Source: Podarcis bocagei
Taxonomy: Eukaryota
Strand: one strand, 5' to 3'
Assembly (NCBI GenBank): GCA_964188305.1
Contig: OZ076889.1
DNA length: 64,000 nt
Part shown: positions 10,999-24,440 of the stretch, piece after piece
Position numbering within the stretch: the first letter of the stretch is position 1
How the letters are laid out: each line of letters opens with the position of its first letter
Notes under the pieces: generated by a model
What the model was told of the DNA's origin: nothing
What the model saw: the letters and a program-made list of their open reading frames with translations, nothing else
Database searches by the model: none
Position numbers and translations under genes: made by a program

Positions 10999-12810
10999 TT
11001 TTTTTAAAAAAACTTTTTTTATTGGTTTTTCACATTTTATAAAGACATAACACACACGAAAAAGACAAAGACAAAAACATGCATAGTTTCAAAGATCTTA
11101 CTTTCTTAACCTTGTTCCTTGACTTCCCCCCACCCCCCTTCATGCATCCCAATTCCCATAATTATGTCAGCAAGTTATTATTTCTCCTCTTTACCATCTT
11201 AATATTACATCTTTTATGAAAAATTAAGTTCTTTCCTAAGTTGGACTCAAATTCCCTTCCGTCGATTTCCCATTTTATATTAGATAAAAATCATATTAAC
11301 TAAACCCAAAAGTCATAAGTGTTTTTGAAGTTCTGTTTTCCCCCTCCCTCCCATCCCCGGTTTCCGTCCCTTCCCAAATACGTGTCCATAATAACAGTTC
11401 TTAGCCTGGATTCCTCACATCCGAGGCCTTCAAATCTCTTTCAGTCCCTCTCCGCCGGTCTTGTTGGTAGTCCTTTATGTTGGTCATCGAATCTCGAAGG
11501 AGTTCTGTCCCAATCAAACCAGGTTTTCTTCCCACAAGAGTCCTTAAAAACAACTGCTGCAAAAGTTCCACAAACCCTTCATCTTCAAAGTGGAGGCCCC
11601 AGTCATATTTCTTCTTTGTTTTAAGTTCCTGTATTCCAAATACTCCAGGGGCCCCCTCCTTCATCTTTTGCATCTTTCGCAGATTTGTAATCCATGTGAT
11701 CCAAAGGTCTTCTTGCTTATACTCCACTGATGTAAGCTTCTGGTTGGTACTTTCCATCTGTACTTTCTCCTTTCCTTGTTTAGTCTCCTTCAGTTCTTGA
11801 GATATCTCTTCCAATTCAGCTGCAGATTCTTTCTCATTCAAGTCCTCAATACATTCAGCAGAGCTGCTTATTCCAGAGGTCAAGGTCGTGAGTTGTTTGT
11901 TCATTGCCAGACTCTGCTCTTGTAAAATTCCCACAAGGTAAAACATTCTTTCTATCTCAGCTAGTAACTTTCCGTCCGCAGCCATTGTAATGTCTCAGAA
12001 TTCCCCCTAGAGGGAATCTGGTTACTTAGTAATCTTTTTCCAACAGTCCTCTGCCTCGTTGTTTGTTTCTTTGTTTCCAACAACTTTAATTCAATTGTAT
12101 CTCATTTAATCCAGAGAGATCTTAAATAACAAGTTTTTAGCTTTAAACTGCCCGTTTGACAGCTTTGACAGCTGTCAAACTCCGTATTCCTCTTCAACAG
12201 ACTCAAACACAGGACGCTCCCGGGCCCGGGAGGGGGGGTTGCACACAACAAGAAGAAAATCTCTAAAATTCCACTCTTACACTCCAGCTCAAAACTTCTT
12301 TTTACCAAATCGTGGAAGTTAATATCTTTTTTTGACTCACCCCGCAAAGGGTAGGCTCTCCAACTTAGTTCTTCTATTATTGCTTTAGATCATCTGCAGG
12401 AGGGGGGGGGTGCGGACTTCCCTTTAACACCCCCCCCGGTCGTACCGAATTCACAAGTAAATATTTTAAAGTCCGAATTCCGTTCTACTCACGGGTTACT
12501 TCTTTTCAAGTCCGAATTCAGGGGAAAAAGTCAGCGCTCTTCAGCCATGGCACACGGCTTCGCTCCACTGGGGTAGCGGTCTACTCCCAGCACCGCGCCG
12601 CTCTCCGTACCCTCTCCGAAGCCTTTAAAAAGGCTCTTCGTGGGTCAGAGGGGGCGTTTAAGGTGCCCACCGAGTCACCAGGTCCGCAGGCATCCGCGCC
12701 TGCGGTTTTTAAGGGTCTCCGCGTCGCCGTCGCGGCAAGACCCGTCTCCAGCGGAGCCGATTCCCTCCGGAGCTCGGAGGGAATCCGCCATTAGCTGTTC
12801 GCGCCAACCC
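10999..12810 (-). mobile_element. apparently complete short non-autonomous L1-like retroelement (HAL1-like architecture)
   Basis: Perfect 16-bp TSD GGCAGCACAAACTTTA (10983-10998 / 12811-12826); CpG-rich 5' end; one ORF; AATAAA plus A-rich tail on the minus strand; 3'UTR similar to L1 3'UTR at 31260-31424. Confidence 0.85.
11401..11985 (-). CDS. 194-aa ORF of the short L1-like element; ORF1p-like coiled-coil protein
   Basis: Uninterrupted ORF with a strong Kozak context (ACAATGG); Glu/Lys/Leu/Gln-rich heptad-like N-terminal half; sits in the ORF1 position after the 5'UTR. Confidence 0.55.
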   Translation of the reverse strand: MAADGKLLAEIERMFYLVGILQEQSLAMNKQLTTLTSGISSSAECIEDLNEKESAAELEEISQELKETKQGKEKVQMESTNQKLTSVEYKQEDLWITWITNLRKMQKMKEGAPGVFGIQELKTKKKYDWGLHFEDEGFVELLQQLFLRTLVGRKPGLIGTELLRDSMTNIKDYQQDRRRGTERDLKASDVRNPG

Positions 12811-14086
12811 GGCAGCACAAACTTTACCCACCTGACCACAGCAACTCCTCCTTTAGGCTCACAGCAGTTTTTGAGATTCCCCCCGACCAAGCACTGTTGA
12901 GATCTTTTCAGGCTTACAGGCTCACTCTGTTGGCTTCAGCTGCTGTCCACAGTATATTGCAATGTTGTTTTGAAGTATTTTATGCAGTTTTATTGTCATC
13001 CTGGGTTCCCCATGGGAAGGAAAGGTGGGAGATATATGTGAAATAATACTAGTGATATACGTAAATAAAATGTCTCTGGCGTAAAACCAAGGGCTAGTAG
13101 CAACTGTTGGCAAAGCTGTTGCATGAAAATCGAGGCCATCACCTTTACTAGTGATGAAGTCCCATGGAATTTCTTACTTTGACCTGGCTTGGGTGGGAAT
13201 CTGAGGACGGAATTCAGTGTCGCACAATAATGAACATCTGCACAAGCATTTAGGTTTTCCATCAAACAATTCCCTGTCTCCTCCCACTGTGTGCTGTTCT
13301 GGATGGGTGTGGGTGTCTCCAGAGCCAGTTTGGTGTGTGGAGCATGGGGCAAGAGAAGGGGGAAAGCCCCATTGTGCGGGCAAAATTTCTTGCACAGGGT
13401 TTCAGCTGTTGGGGCCTTGTTAGGTGGATCCCAAGCTGTGTTTACTCCATTTGTGAGTATGCTAAAAGGCAGATTTGCCATGTTAAGTACTTGTTGACTT
13501 TGGAGTGCTAGTTCTATCTTCTGTAGCAGCAGCAGCACCACTTCAGATTGAATTAAGGCTTACTCATCTTGTTGATGGCTTCTACTTCAGTCAGTTTCAT
13601 CATCAGCCTGAAGTAGTACACTCCTTCCAGGACTGTACCACATGGTTCTTCTGTATCTTTTAACTGGACTTCAAAGTGGCACAGTTCAGGCAGATCTCAC
13701 AGCCCAGCATGCAGATGCTATTATAGGTGTACTTGGGGAAAGTCTGGTGATGACCTGCTTTAAAGGGGTGATGAGATGGAGCACATAATATTTGGGAAGT
13801 TAGAAGTTTTTTTATTGAGGGCACATTTGTAGTCATTGTTTGCAACAAAGCACAATCACATTATTTATTAGCTCAAGAGCGCGCAATGCTATTAGAAAAC
13901 AATCTAGCAAGGCCATACAAAATTAGCACATTAATTTTACATTATGTGGGGAGGGAGAAAGGAAATTGAATTGTACATTCTGTGCATTGAAACCTTCCTT
14001 CAGTGGTGCAATACAGCTTGAGATTCCACACAAACATGCACACACACCTTAATACCTTATAACACCTTAATTCTCTGCTACATTAT

Positions 14087-14121
<35 letters not shown>

Positions 14122-16892
14122 AAGCCACTTAAATTGCTTGCAGTGATTTGGTTATCTCACAGAGCAGATCATTTTCATTTAGCTACTGTTGAGATCATCC
14201 CTCCCATTAGCTCCAATGAGCTTTTATGAAACTGTTACAATTCATCAGATCTATGACTCTGGACGTTATTGACTGATGAATATTTGCAATTTTTGCAGGG
14301 GACCCTGTGATGCTCTGTACTGCTGTTAGCATAACTGACAGCTGGCATTAGTTGTGCTACTGAAATCCACTATTACAGGGGTACCCTGTTCAGTGGCCTC
14401 TAGATGTTGCAGAACACAGCTGCCATCACTGGCCTTGCTGCCGAGGACTGGTGAGAGTTGCAGTCCACAACATCTGGAGGCAACATATTGCACACCCCTG
14501 CACCAAACCAGATCTTCAACCCCTCTAAATATTATTAGTTAGTAGCTGCACAGGTCATATTTCTTTGCTTTTGTTTCTGAAAATGGTGGAGACTGGCAAT
14601 GTGCAACACTACAAATATTATTGCTTGACACCAGGCACAGTTTCTGGCTTTCGATTATCTGTTCACTCCTCGAAATGTCATCCAATGTAATTTGTCTCTC
14701 CCTGCTAAAAGCATCGTTTAAAACAACAAGAACAAAACGGGGCCTTTTATTTGTAGCCTTACGAGCCTTTTGTCATTCACATGGGAGTATCTTCGGAGGC
14801 TCTGTAAGGATGGAAATCCCGAATTCTGGTTCTGCACCCACACAAACCAAGTCTATTGGCTCAATTGAAACCAGTTATGGACATCTGGCAAAATTATGTA
14901 TATTCAATTCATTTGCTTCTCCCAATGCATATAAAGCCACAGAGCAGTTCATTTGTCACAGAATGTGGGTCCCGCTGGAAATCTGTAGCGGCATCAAAAT
15001 GCAACAAGGATCCAGGATTATCTTCAGGTGATCAGTACCACGGACAGCTCACAGTGGTGGCTGGCTAGAAAGACAAGGGGCGATGCCAACTGGTAAGTGG
15101 AGAGCCTCCCCCAACCTGGTGCCATCTAGCTTTGGACTACAACTCCCATTAGCCTCAGCCAGCAAAGCTGTTGATAGGTCATTGGAGATCAATGCCTTGC
15201 TGGATGGAGGGAGCTGCATCTCGGCAGGTAGCAATTGAAAGCAGGTTCTCAGCGATGTGTTATTTTAGCGCACTGGCCCTCATTCTTTCTCCCTTTAAGT
15301 GACAGAGAGCTCGGGTGCCTCCTGACATTTCCTGAACTGTGGGAAACCAATGGAAACAATGGAAATGCAATGATTGAAAGCTGTGCCTTTTCACCCACTC
15401 ATAAAATGCACAGACTGACCTGAAACGAAAGGAAAGTGGAGCGAAATAAGGCACAGCAGATGGGGGCAAGACCTCAAGAGCAGGTGAGAGCATGAATAAC
15501 AGCAGGACTTAATAGAGGGGGAATGAATGGCAGAGGGCATGGCATTTTGGGTATGACTGGGTAGACAGGATTAGGCTCTTGAGGTGCATGTTCCCCCTCC
15601 ACTGATCTAAACAAATTTTGATTCTATTGATATAGATTTTTTTTGCGGGGGACACCCCCCTTAAATCCTAGGAATTGGTAGGATTTTGCTTAATTGGGAC
15701 ATGGAAGAAAGTAAAAGCTGCAGATCTGTGCCAGACAAGGAATCCCTGGGCTGATTTAGGCAAACCAGCCAGACTGGCCTAGTGAAGCGCAAACCTGTTA
15801 ACATGAGAAAATGTGTTGGTGGGGCGTCTGGGAGGAATCCTTTGGCCTGGGGAGACAGATGTTGCCAAGGTTATGAGGTTCCCCTATTCCTATTCTGCAA
15901 AAAGCCTGCATTGCAAATGGAAATGAATGGACAGGAAATGTGAAGTGAATCTGGTTTACACATATATGTTCATCACTCATGATCAGTGGCTACTGTTGGG
16001 GGCAGAATGCCTTTGAATGCTAGGAATCACAACTAGGGAGAGTCCTGTTGCAGGCTTCTCATATGTTGCTGGTTGGCATTGCAAGAAAAAGATACTGGAT
16101 TACATGGGTCTTGGGTCTGATCCAGCACACTCTTCTTGGGTTCTCAGAACATCAGGTATGCTATATATTTTCTTCTCTTGTTGCTAAGGTTGCACCAGTG
16201 GTATTCCATAATTTCAATATTTCCTTCAAAGATAGCATGCAGTCAAACTTTGGGGAGCCTGCTGCTGTGCTCAGATTCTGTTTGTGGGCTTCCAGTGTTG
16301 GCCACTGTGAGAACAGGCTGCATTCTTATATTCTTCTGCTCACACAATGTGTGTGTTGGAGGTGACAGGAAAAGGGAGTCTCGAGGAAGGGTTGTTGGGG
16401 AGAAGGAGGAGGAAGAAAGACTGAGATCCATCTTGGGCAGGCAGGCTGAAGGCAGGCTGGGAGAGATGCCCTGGACTCCATCCCTGCACTGTTGTTTCTC
16501 CAGCACATCAGAGCTGCCCTCTTCTTCCTCTGCAAATCTGCTGGATCAAGACCTCCTCTGACATCACTGGCAGCCCTTTCCATCTGCCCTGGTCTTTGCT
16601 TGACCTAGTTCTATTTTTGATTACTGCTAGTCTTTAGGGGGAAAAGAAGTCATTTGCCTTTATAGTTCATGACAGGAGGTGCATAGCGAAACAAGCACAT
16701 CCATACATTCTGCATTCCCTACATTTGCAGCTGTTGGTTTGCACGGTAAAGATAGAGGGTTATAATAAGCCAATATTGTTCTGTATATGCCAAGCAAAGA
16801 TTAGCCAAATCAAGGAATATAAAAGGCCATTAGGTAAACACCCAGGCTTAAAAACCCTAGACCACTGGGATCTTGAAAGTGATGCTACTATT

Positions 16893-17100
16893 GAGAGCTA
16901 GTGTAGTGCAGAGGTTGGAGTGTGGGACTTAGACTGGAGAAAACTATGCCCAAATTCCCATTCAGATCTGTTTACTGGATGACCCTGTGTCAATCAGTCT
17001 CACTCAGCCTACCTGAGTTGCTGGGAGGATCATACAAGGCAGAGGACACTGTGTATGTTGCTTTAAGTTCCTGGGAGGAAAGGCAGGATAGAGAGGTAGC
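16893..17100 (+). mobile_element. old tRNA-SINE (Squam3/MIR-like) remnant
   Basis: GAGAGCTAGTGTAGTG... head and TGACCCTG...TCTCACTCAGCCT core-like motifs. Confidence 0.5.
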
Positions 17101-17451
17101 AAGTCTGTTCCCATGTGTTGTAATAATCTTGGATGAATGAATGAAGGAGGCATTGGGCAAATGAATCTTCATGGCATGTCCTCTAATATTTTGACTGCAG
17201 ACCCATCTATGCATATTTGATGTTTGTGATCACCGTGGATCTAAAAGGGGGTCACTGTGATTAGGCAAATCTCCAGCCAGGAGGCACCAGTTTGTACTGT
17301 TGGCTTCACAATGTGATTTCAGCTTGACCACATGCTTGCTGGCAACCCTGCATCTGCTGGAAGTAGCCACTTTTACATCAAGAAACATCTGTGCTGGCTT
17401 GGTGCCTAAGGCTGCATCTGTCCACAGCTAGGTTCCACAGCCCTGCATTTA

Positions 17452-17677
17452 CAGTGGTACCTCGGGTTACATACGCTTCAGGTTACAGACTCCGCTAACC
17501 CAGAAATAGTGCTTCAGGTTAAGAACTTTGCTTCAGGATGAGAACAGAAATCGTGCTCTGGCAGCGCGGCAGCAGCAGGAGGCCCCATTAGCTAAAGTGG
17601 TGCTTCAGGTTAAGAACAGTTTCAGGTTAAGTACAGACCTCTGGAACGAATTAAGTACTTAACCCGAGGTACCACTG
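17452..17677. mobile_element. Tigger-like MITE
   Basis: TA|CAGTGGTACCTCGGGTTA ... TAACCCGAGGTACCACTG|TA; same family as 24441-24682 and 55591-55832. Confidence 0.92.
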
Positions 17678-20434
17678 TACTTGGAAATGGGTCTACTGCG
17701 GCACATCTGCAAACTGTTATCTATAATGGCCATTGTATCTTTATTTCACACAAACATCCTGGTGGCCCTGCCCTGCCAGAGGAAGCAATCTCTGCAATAT
17801 TTCAATGGATGCCCAACGCTCTATTGTCTTCCGAGATCCATGCTCTTATTGCACCATTGCAAATTGGGAGTAACTGCAGAAGGCAGCCGAGTTAACAGGA
17901 CTTTTTAGAGTGAGATGTGATTGAGACCCTGAGAGAGTTGACCCCCCGGAGGAAATAAAAAATGTCAGTGGAGGCGGGAAGGGGAAGGCCAGAGGACACG
18001 TTCGGCATTTGATGTACAGGGTGTTGCTCATTCCCTGTGGGGAAATATTTTATTCATCATTCAGTATGCAAACTTTTACTGACACTTGGGAGTTAGAGGG
18101 GTAAACGAGCCCTTGAGATTTTATGGCTTCTCCAGGGCTGAATATGAAATGTTGTGGAGGGCAATTGCAAACCCCCCTCCCACCCCCGGTGTATGTGTTT
18201 GTGTATGTGTATAATAATTTTTCTAGGGTTACAAAAATACGTGCATTGTCTCTCTTTTCAGGTTGTAGTCTTTTCTACAAATCAGTTACCTTCAATGTGA
18301 GACATTGATGTTGTATACATTATAAGGTATGGGGAGAAGAGAGGCGAGGAGGGGTAGTAAATTCACATCTTTTTACTTGGTGAATGTGTGAGGTTTTTGT
18401 GTCAGTGTCACTCAGGTAGCTTCTCTTTCTATTTGTTTATCGTATTTCCTTGGTAGTGAGAGAGGTTGGGCGGGACCAGGCCCCACCCCCTGCCAGTATT
18501 CTGTTTATTGCAGACCATAATAATAAAAGGGCTTCTCTAACCCAAACCTCTTGTTTAAAATATGGTCGCCCCCCACAAAAAACCCTGGTTGTTAGAGTCA
18601 CATAATGATGGTTGTACCAGGTTCTCTGTAGAAAAAACCAGGGACATGCACCAGTTCTCTGTGTGGCTCAAAATATGGGGAATAGCAGGGCCCTTCAGGG
18701 TAGGTGGTCACAGTTTCCAGTTGGACTGAGCCGTTTTGAAGGCATCTCAAGATGGAAGTGACTCAGGGGCTCGCTAAGCTAGAGACAAAGCTGAATGAGT
18801 CATGGTTTCTACCGGGCATTTATGGAGTTTCGAAACAGATGTTTTCCAAAAACTGGGGCAGGGCAGAACATCTGCTTTGCATGCAGGGGATTGCAGCTTC
18901 AGATATTTCCAGGTAGGGCTATGAATGTCCTCTCCCTGAAACCCTGGGCAGCCTCTGCCAGTCAGTGTAAGCAAGTACTGAGCAAGACGGACCGATGAGC
19001 TGCCTCAGCACGAGGCAACTTCTGATGTTCTTATCTTGACTTTGCCTTTATGATCTTCAGAGTGAGTTTTTCCAGGCTATTTTCTTTCTTTCAGCTCAGC
19101 GTAGGTACACTATAAGAAACAACTGGCCCATCCCAGAAAGTATATGACCGAGCAAACTGCAAAAGACACTTTCTGTCTATTCTTGCAAGGGGAAAATAGG
19201 AATCATCAATCGTTATTTGTATCATCCTGGTAATCATAGGAGTGACTGTTCAAAAGTATCTCTTTTTACTGATTTTTTCTTCTCACCCCATTTGATTTCT
19301 CCCCTTCTTTCTTCAAACCTCATCAGAAGATAATGTCTGATGTTAGCAGAGATGCAGTTAGGGGCTGCAAATTGCAGTTATTTTGCCTTGCTGCTTTCCC
19401 CATCTAATGGTGGCATATCCCCCTTCAAATACACTGATGAAGCACGGAGAGACACAGTGAACGGTGCGAGCCGGATCTGTTGTTCGGATAATTTGCCTTT
19501 TCCTCTTGGCAGACAAACAGTTTCATCAGAGGCTGTGGATAATGTTCCATGATTCTGCTCTCAACAGATATGTTTCCTGAGTGCTAGTTAACATCATTCC
19601 TATTATGACCCTTCACTTGGTTTCAAAGATTACTTTTGGGAAAAAATATGTCTAGGTTGCCGCAATCCATATTTATAGCCTGGAGCCACTGAGTAAAAAG
19701 CTCTGTGCTGTAGGAAGGAAAAAGGCCCAGGATTCAAAGCTGCAAGGCAACACAGCGCTTGAATCCAGGTAGCTGGTGCTAATCAAAACCAGCAGGCAAA
19801 CTCCCCAGGGTTCAACTTTGCAAACGGGACATTTATTTTGGAAAATAAAGGGTTAAACCCAGAAACAATTGAGCATGCACAAAGGTGGTGGAGACTGGCT
19901 GCTGGAGTTGTGCCAACCGTGCAGACGATGCAGGAAATTGAAATGGACTTTTGAATCAATCTTGGTTTGAACTGCAAAAATATTGACAATCATTAGACCA
20001 AAGCCAGGGCTCATAAGACAACTGAGAATTATGAACCCCTAGGATTTGATGTACAAACCAACTAATTCTGAATATCACTGGGAAAGCCACACAGTTAATA
20101 TAACACGCAGCTTGACCTTCAGTGTCACGTGTCTCTTGCCCCTTTCTCACTGATAGGCTTAGCAATTGACCACCCCAGTCCTTTCAGTTTCCTAGTAAGT
20201 CTTTCGACCATCTGCGGGCATAAAATATGACTGCTGTTGGCTGGCGGTGTCAGAAGTACTTCAGCATGTTGTGAGAGAAGGACAAGATGAAGAGCTCTGA
20301 GGAAGCCGCTTTGGTAACAAATCACCAATTTAGCCTCCCTAATATATCATGAAAAACAGCTGCAACAGGTTTCAACTTTATTTATGCCACAGGCTTGCTT
20401 ACTAAGTGCCGCAGTTCCAAGGAGAACATATTCA

Positions 20435-20965
20435 TTATAACAATGGTGTCTGCGTATATTTAAAACTGGCAAAGAAGTGGGAAGGAAACAATATACCCAC
20501 AAAAGAGGATTGGTTATATAAACTATCCGAATTCATAGAATTGGCGAAAATAGCTGCAGCAATAAGATATCAAACAAACGAGAAATTAAGGTCACAATGG
20601 ATATGGTTTGAAGAGTATATGAGCAAACACAGCTCTAAAGACAGCATGTTGATATGTTTAGACTAAGCTTGTAAAGTTGATCTAGAAAAAAATGACAGTT
20701 TAACAAGAGAAGTAAGGTAGAGATATATGAAGTGCAATGCAAACAAGAATTTTAAGGAATAAAAGATGATGAGCACTGGTGGAGGGAACTCACGAGGGTG
20801 TAGTTCCATCTATTTATTTTATGTATTTCTTCTTTTTTATCTTTCTTTTGTATGGTGTTTGGAAGTGTATGTGCATTATGTGTTTTTATGTCTGTAAGTG
20901 TACGTGCATTATTGTTTTGTATGTATGTCTAAATAAATAAAATATTTTTACAAAATAAAAATTAA
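20435..20965 (+). mobile_element. L1 LINE 3' fragment (ORF2 C-terminus plus 3'UTR)
   Basis: LAKKWEGNNIPTKEDWLYKL..ELAKI...W..FEEY resembles a non-mammalian L1 ORF2 end; GT-rich 3'UTR, AATAAA and A-rich tail. Confidence 0.75.
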
Positions 20966-21689
20966 AACTGCTTGAGTTTTGAATCTGATTTCCTTTTCCT
21001 TTGGATGGTTTTGTCATCTCTCCTGAGATTTTTTTTTTTACTAATATCTAACCCACTCACAGTAAAAGCCAAATAAAATAAAAGGCATTCTGATTATGAA
21101 CAGTCTGGCACACATTATCCGCCCCGCGATGGCACATTTTTGTATTGACTCATCAGGTTTAGGGTTTTTTGTTTTGTCTTGCATCATAGCTACATTTTCT
21201 CATTCGACATTGGCCAGATACTCCATCATGTTACTAAAGCAGCTATTTGTTATGCAAGGCCTGCTCCTGCAGTGTGACTGACTGATAACTGCAGTTCTTT
21301 GAAACTGAACACTACATGATTAGACATGGTGCCAGAGCCTCTATTATGCACCAAAAGACTTTCTCGCCCTTAGCTACCTTTAAAAGAGGTTTGACATGTC
21401 TTAATCCCCACTTGATAGGGCTAACCGTGGGCCTCACTTCCCATGTTTGTTGGTTTCTCCGTGTGGGAAGTTGCCTGAAATTACATCATGAGTGTAATTT
21501 CCCAAACTGGTCTGTTTCTCGCTGTGAAGGACTGCCCCACTGCACCCTGTGTTCCCCACCTGCTTCGAGGCAGAATCAGGCCACCAGTCAACAGTGCTTG
21601 CTGGCAGACAAGACAGGTAGATCTTACATGGTTGGATCAACATAGGATAGCCCATAAGGCTGGACCCTGATTGGTGTGTGTTCAACTCC

Positions 21690-21773
21690 TGAGTGACCAA
21701 GATGATGAAGGGTCTGGAAACCAAGCCCTATGAGGAACAGTTGAGAGCATTGGGTGTGGTCAGCCTGGGGAAG
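21690..21773 (+). mobile_element. CR1 LINE fragment
   Basis: ACCAAGATGATGAAGGGTCTGGAAACCAAGCCCTATGAGGAACAGTTGAG (CR1 ORF2 end); apparent continuation at about 23120-23385. Confidence 0.7.
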
Positions 21774-22380
21774 TGTGCTGGTCCCGAGGGTTAACCATGC
21801 GGAGAGGTCCAAGTCCAGTCCGAGGTCGAGGGTGCGGTATGGAGGCTGTCCATCAAAGCTGAAGCTGGGTCCAAGGCAGGGAGTTGGGTGAGGTCAGGAG
21901 ATCCGGCAGAAGAGCAGGACAGGGTGCAGGCAGGAGCAGGCTACCACCAACGTTGCTCCCGCAACTTGGGACTGGGCTGGCTGGCTTTTATCTGCCCCGA
22001 GGCATAGGGCGGCCCCGGTCCACAGGTGACTCGCCTCTCCGTGCCTGGAGGCAAGCACTCCTCCTGCGGGAACTTAATTCCCTCCGCCTCTCTGCCCTGA
22101 GCCTCTGCAGCTCAGGAGAGGCTGGAGGGTTACCGGACCCAGAGGCAACCTCCTCTTCCCCTGATGGGGCTGAGAGTGAAGCACCTGCAGGCAATGGGTC
22201 CTCCATCACCTCAGGAGCCAGAGCAGACTCAGATGATGCCTGCACCTGAGGATCCAGCACAGGTGAGGACCCTTCAGGCTCATCCCCCAGCCCCAGCTCA
22301 GCTGGTTCTGGAGGCGGGGACTCCGTGCTGGTTTGGATTCCTCAGGTTCAGCCTCCAAGTCCGAATCCCAGGCCATCACA
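21774..22380 (-). mobile_element. solo-LTR-like element
   Basis: TG...CA termini; TATA-like GATAAAAG on the minus strand near 21990; acidic/RRRS coding-like U3 region; TSD unclear. Confidence 0.55.
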
Positions 22381-23119
22381 GCTTTCTTCAAATATCCTAA
22401 GGGCTGTCACAGTTGAATCAATCCATCAACCTCTGATGGATGAGTTAGAAGGATTGGGTCCAGAATCTCTTTTGCTGCGAGTGCGTGCTAGTATCCATAC
22501 TCAGCAGAGTTACATCTCAACACAGCTCCTTCCATGGAAGCATCTTTGGGGTTGAAGGTACACACAGTAGGCAATAAACATCCATGGATGCCATAAAGAT
22601 TCAGTCAAGTGTAGAGGTTGACCTGACAGGCATAAAAACATGTTGGTAGCAAATATATACAGACATTCACCACTGCAGTGGTCAAGGCATGCTCAGAGTG
22701 CTACAAGAGTCCAAGAGTCTCTCTCTGCTTCTCTCACCACAAGACGCAAGCAAGAAACTCGCAACAAGTTACACAGATCCTTTATCAGTACTTCCTGTGA
22801 CACTGTGCATGTCCAAAGAACAGTTCCCACAGAAAACGTCCTTGCATAGACCAAACGGTTTCAGCCTTCTGCTGCTTCTTGAAACTTCCCTGTTTCTGGA
22901 ACAAAGGATTCTCTCACACACAGAGAGAATATCCAACAATCACATGGAATATGGAGTACAGCAATGGATTTACGGTGGTGTGGGCAGTTATGCCATACAG
23001 AGAGCTTAGCTAAAGGGGTGCCTAATTGAGAAGATCCATAATTGAGAAGATCCATCTGGGGGCACCACATTTTGGCCTTGTACAGGGCACCATATCGTAA
23101 AAGACTACCAAAGTCCACC

Positions 23120-23385
23120 CCTGATGGAGCAAGCGTTTTCCTCCTGCTCCAGAGGGCAGGCCTTGAACTAACGGATTCAAATTACAAGAAAGGAGATTCC
23201 GACAAAACACTAGGAAGAACTTTCTGATGGGAAAGGAGAAAGCTAATAGCTGCTTGACAGCCAAACAGATTACCTCAGGAGCAGGTGGACTCTCCCCAGT
23301 GGGAAGTTTTTAAGCAGAGTTGTCAGGGATTTTTTAGCTGTGATTTTTTGGGGTCCCCCTCAAACCCTACAATTCTATGATTCTC
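23120..23385 (+). mobile_element. CR1 LINE 3' fragment
   Basis: ...ACATTAGGAAGAACTTTCTGA-like segment, GTGGACTCTCC, GTTTTTAAGCAGAG and an ATTCTATGATTCT tail. Confidence 0.7.
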
Positions 23386-24440
23386 CGAACTGGTTTTATT
23401 TGCTTTCATGTTTTTATACTGTTTTATTGCATATTCGTTCCAATGGATATTGTTTTTTTGTAGCTGAAGAACCGAGACTGAGCCTGGGTAAAGTGGTACT
23501 GTGGAGAATACATCTCTCTTGAGGGCCAACATTAGTGTAAACGCTGGCAGTCTTCAAGCCTACGGCGTTGGTTAATGGACTTTAGCTACACAATAGTGCT
23601 CTTTCTGTCTTCTAATTAAAGTCTATAAAATAATTACACTAGAAATTAGGACAGTTTTAATCTTTGATATGTATAATGAGGTTTAAAGGCCATCGTTGTG
23701 GCTGGCATTGTTTGCACCATCACTGCTTAATTGCGTCCTATTGTTCCCTGAAAACCGAGTATTGTGCGTGCGAGTTTTGAAGGAGTCTCATAATTTATTA
23801 ACTTACTTTTTAATAATGAACTTTGAACAGCATCCCATTCAGTCCAGCACAATAATGCTAGAGCAATTTACGAGGCAGGATACTAATACGGTGTGCCTGC
23901 CATGGTCTTATCTTGTGTGTACCACTTTGAAGCAAAGTACCTCTGGTGTGAAAAAACCATATATAATTCATGTATTCTCCATCTCCCTTTCCTCCTCTCT
24001 GTCTCTCTCTCTCTGCAATTTATGGGCTGGATCTTTGTTACCTAAGGGTTGCTAAAGGCAGTGGTTTTTGTTTCTTTAATAGTAAGGATGAGAGCAGTAA
24101 TTTTAGGACAGCAGAATGGGGGAAGAGGTAACTTAACCTTGCCCACCCATGATCCCAATGAATATTGCTCCCTGCATTGCAACTGATGGTAAGGGGAAAT
24201 CTCCCATTGCTACCAATGGGAGCTTTCCTTCAATACTTATAACAGCACAGGGGGAGATTTTCATGACAATGTGGCATTGTCAGGCAGCCTATTGAGAGTG
24301 AGGTCACTACTTCAGCTATGCAAACGACATGGCATTGTGGCATTGTGTGAATATTCTCTCATCAGTAGGTCTGTTCCATATGATATAGGAATTGAACCTG
24401 TATTATGGTGACATCTGCCCATTGGAATACCCTCCCATTA

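Noticed and set aside
12996-13760. 181-aa minus-strand ORF and adjacent coding-like sequence (possible old pseudogene)
   Set aside because: No recognisable domain, splice sites, poly-A or TSD; a BLASTX would be needed to rescue it.
19060-19110. Possible 6-nt microexon (TTTCTTTCAG|CTCAGC|GTAGGT)
   Set aside because: Such motifs arise by chance, and there is no host gene context or conservation evidence.
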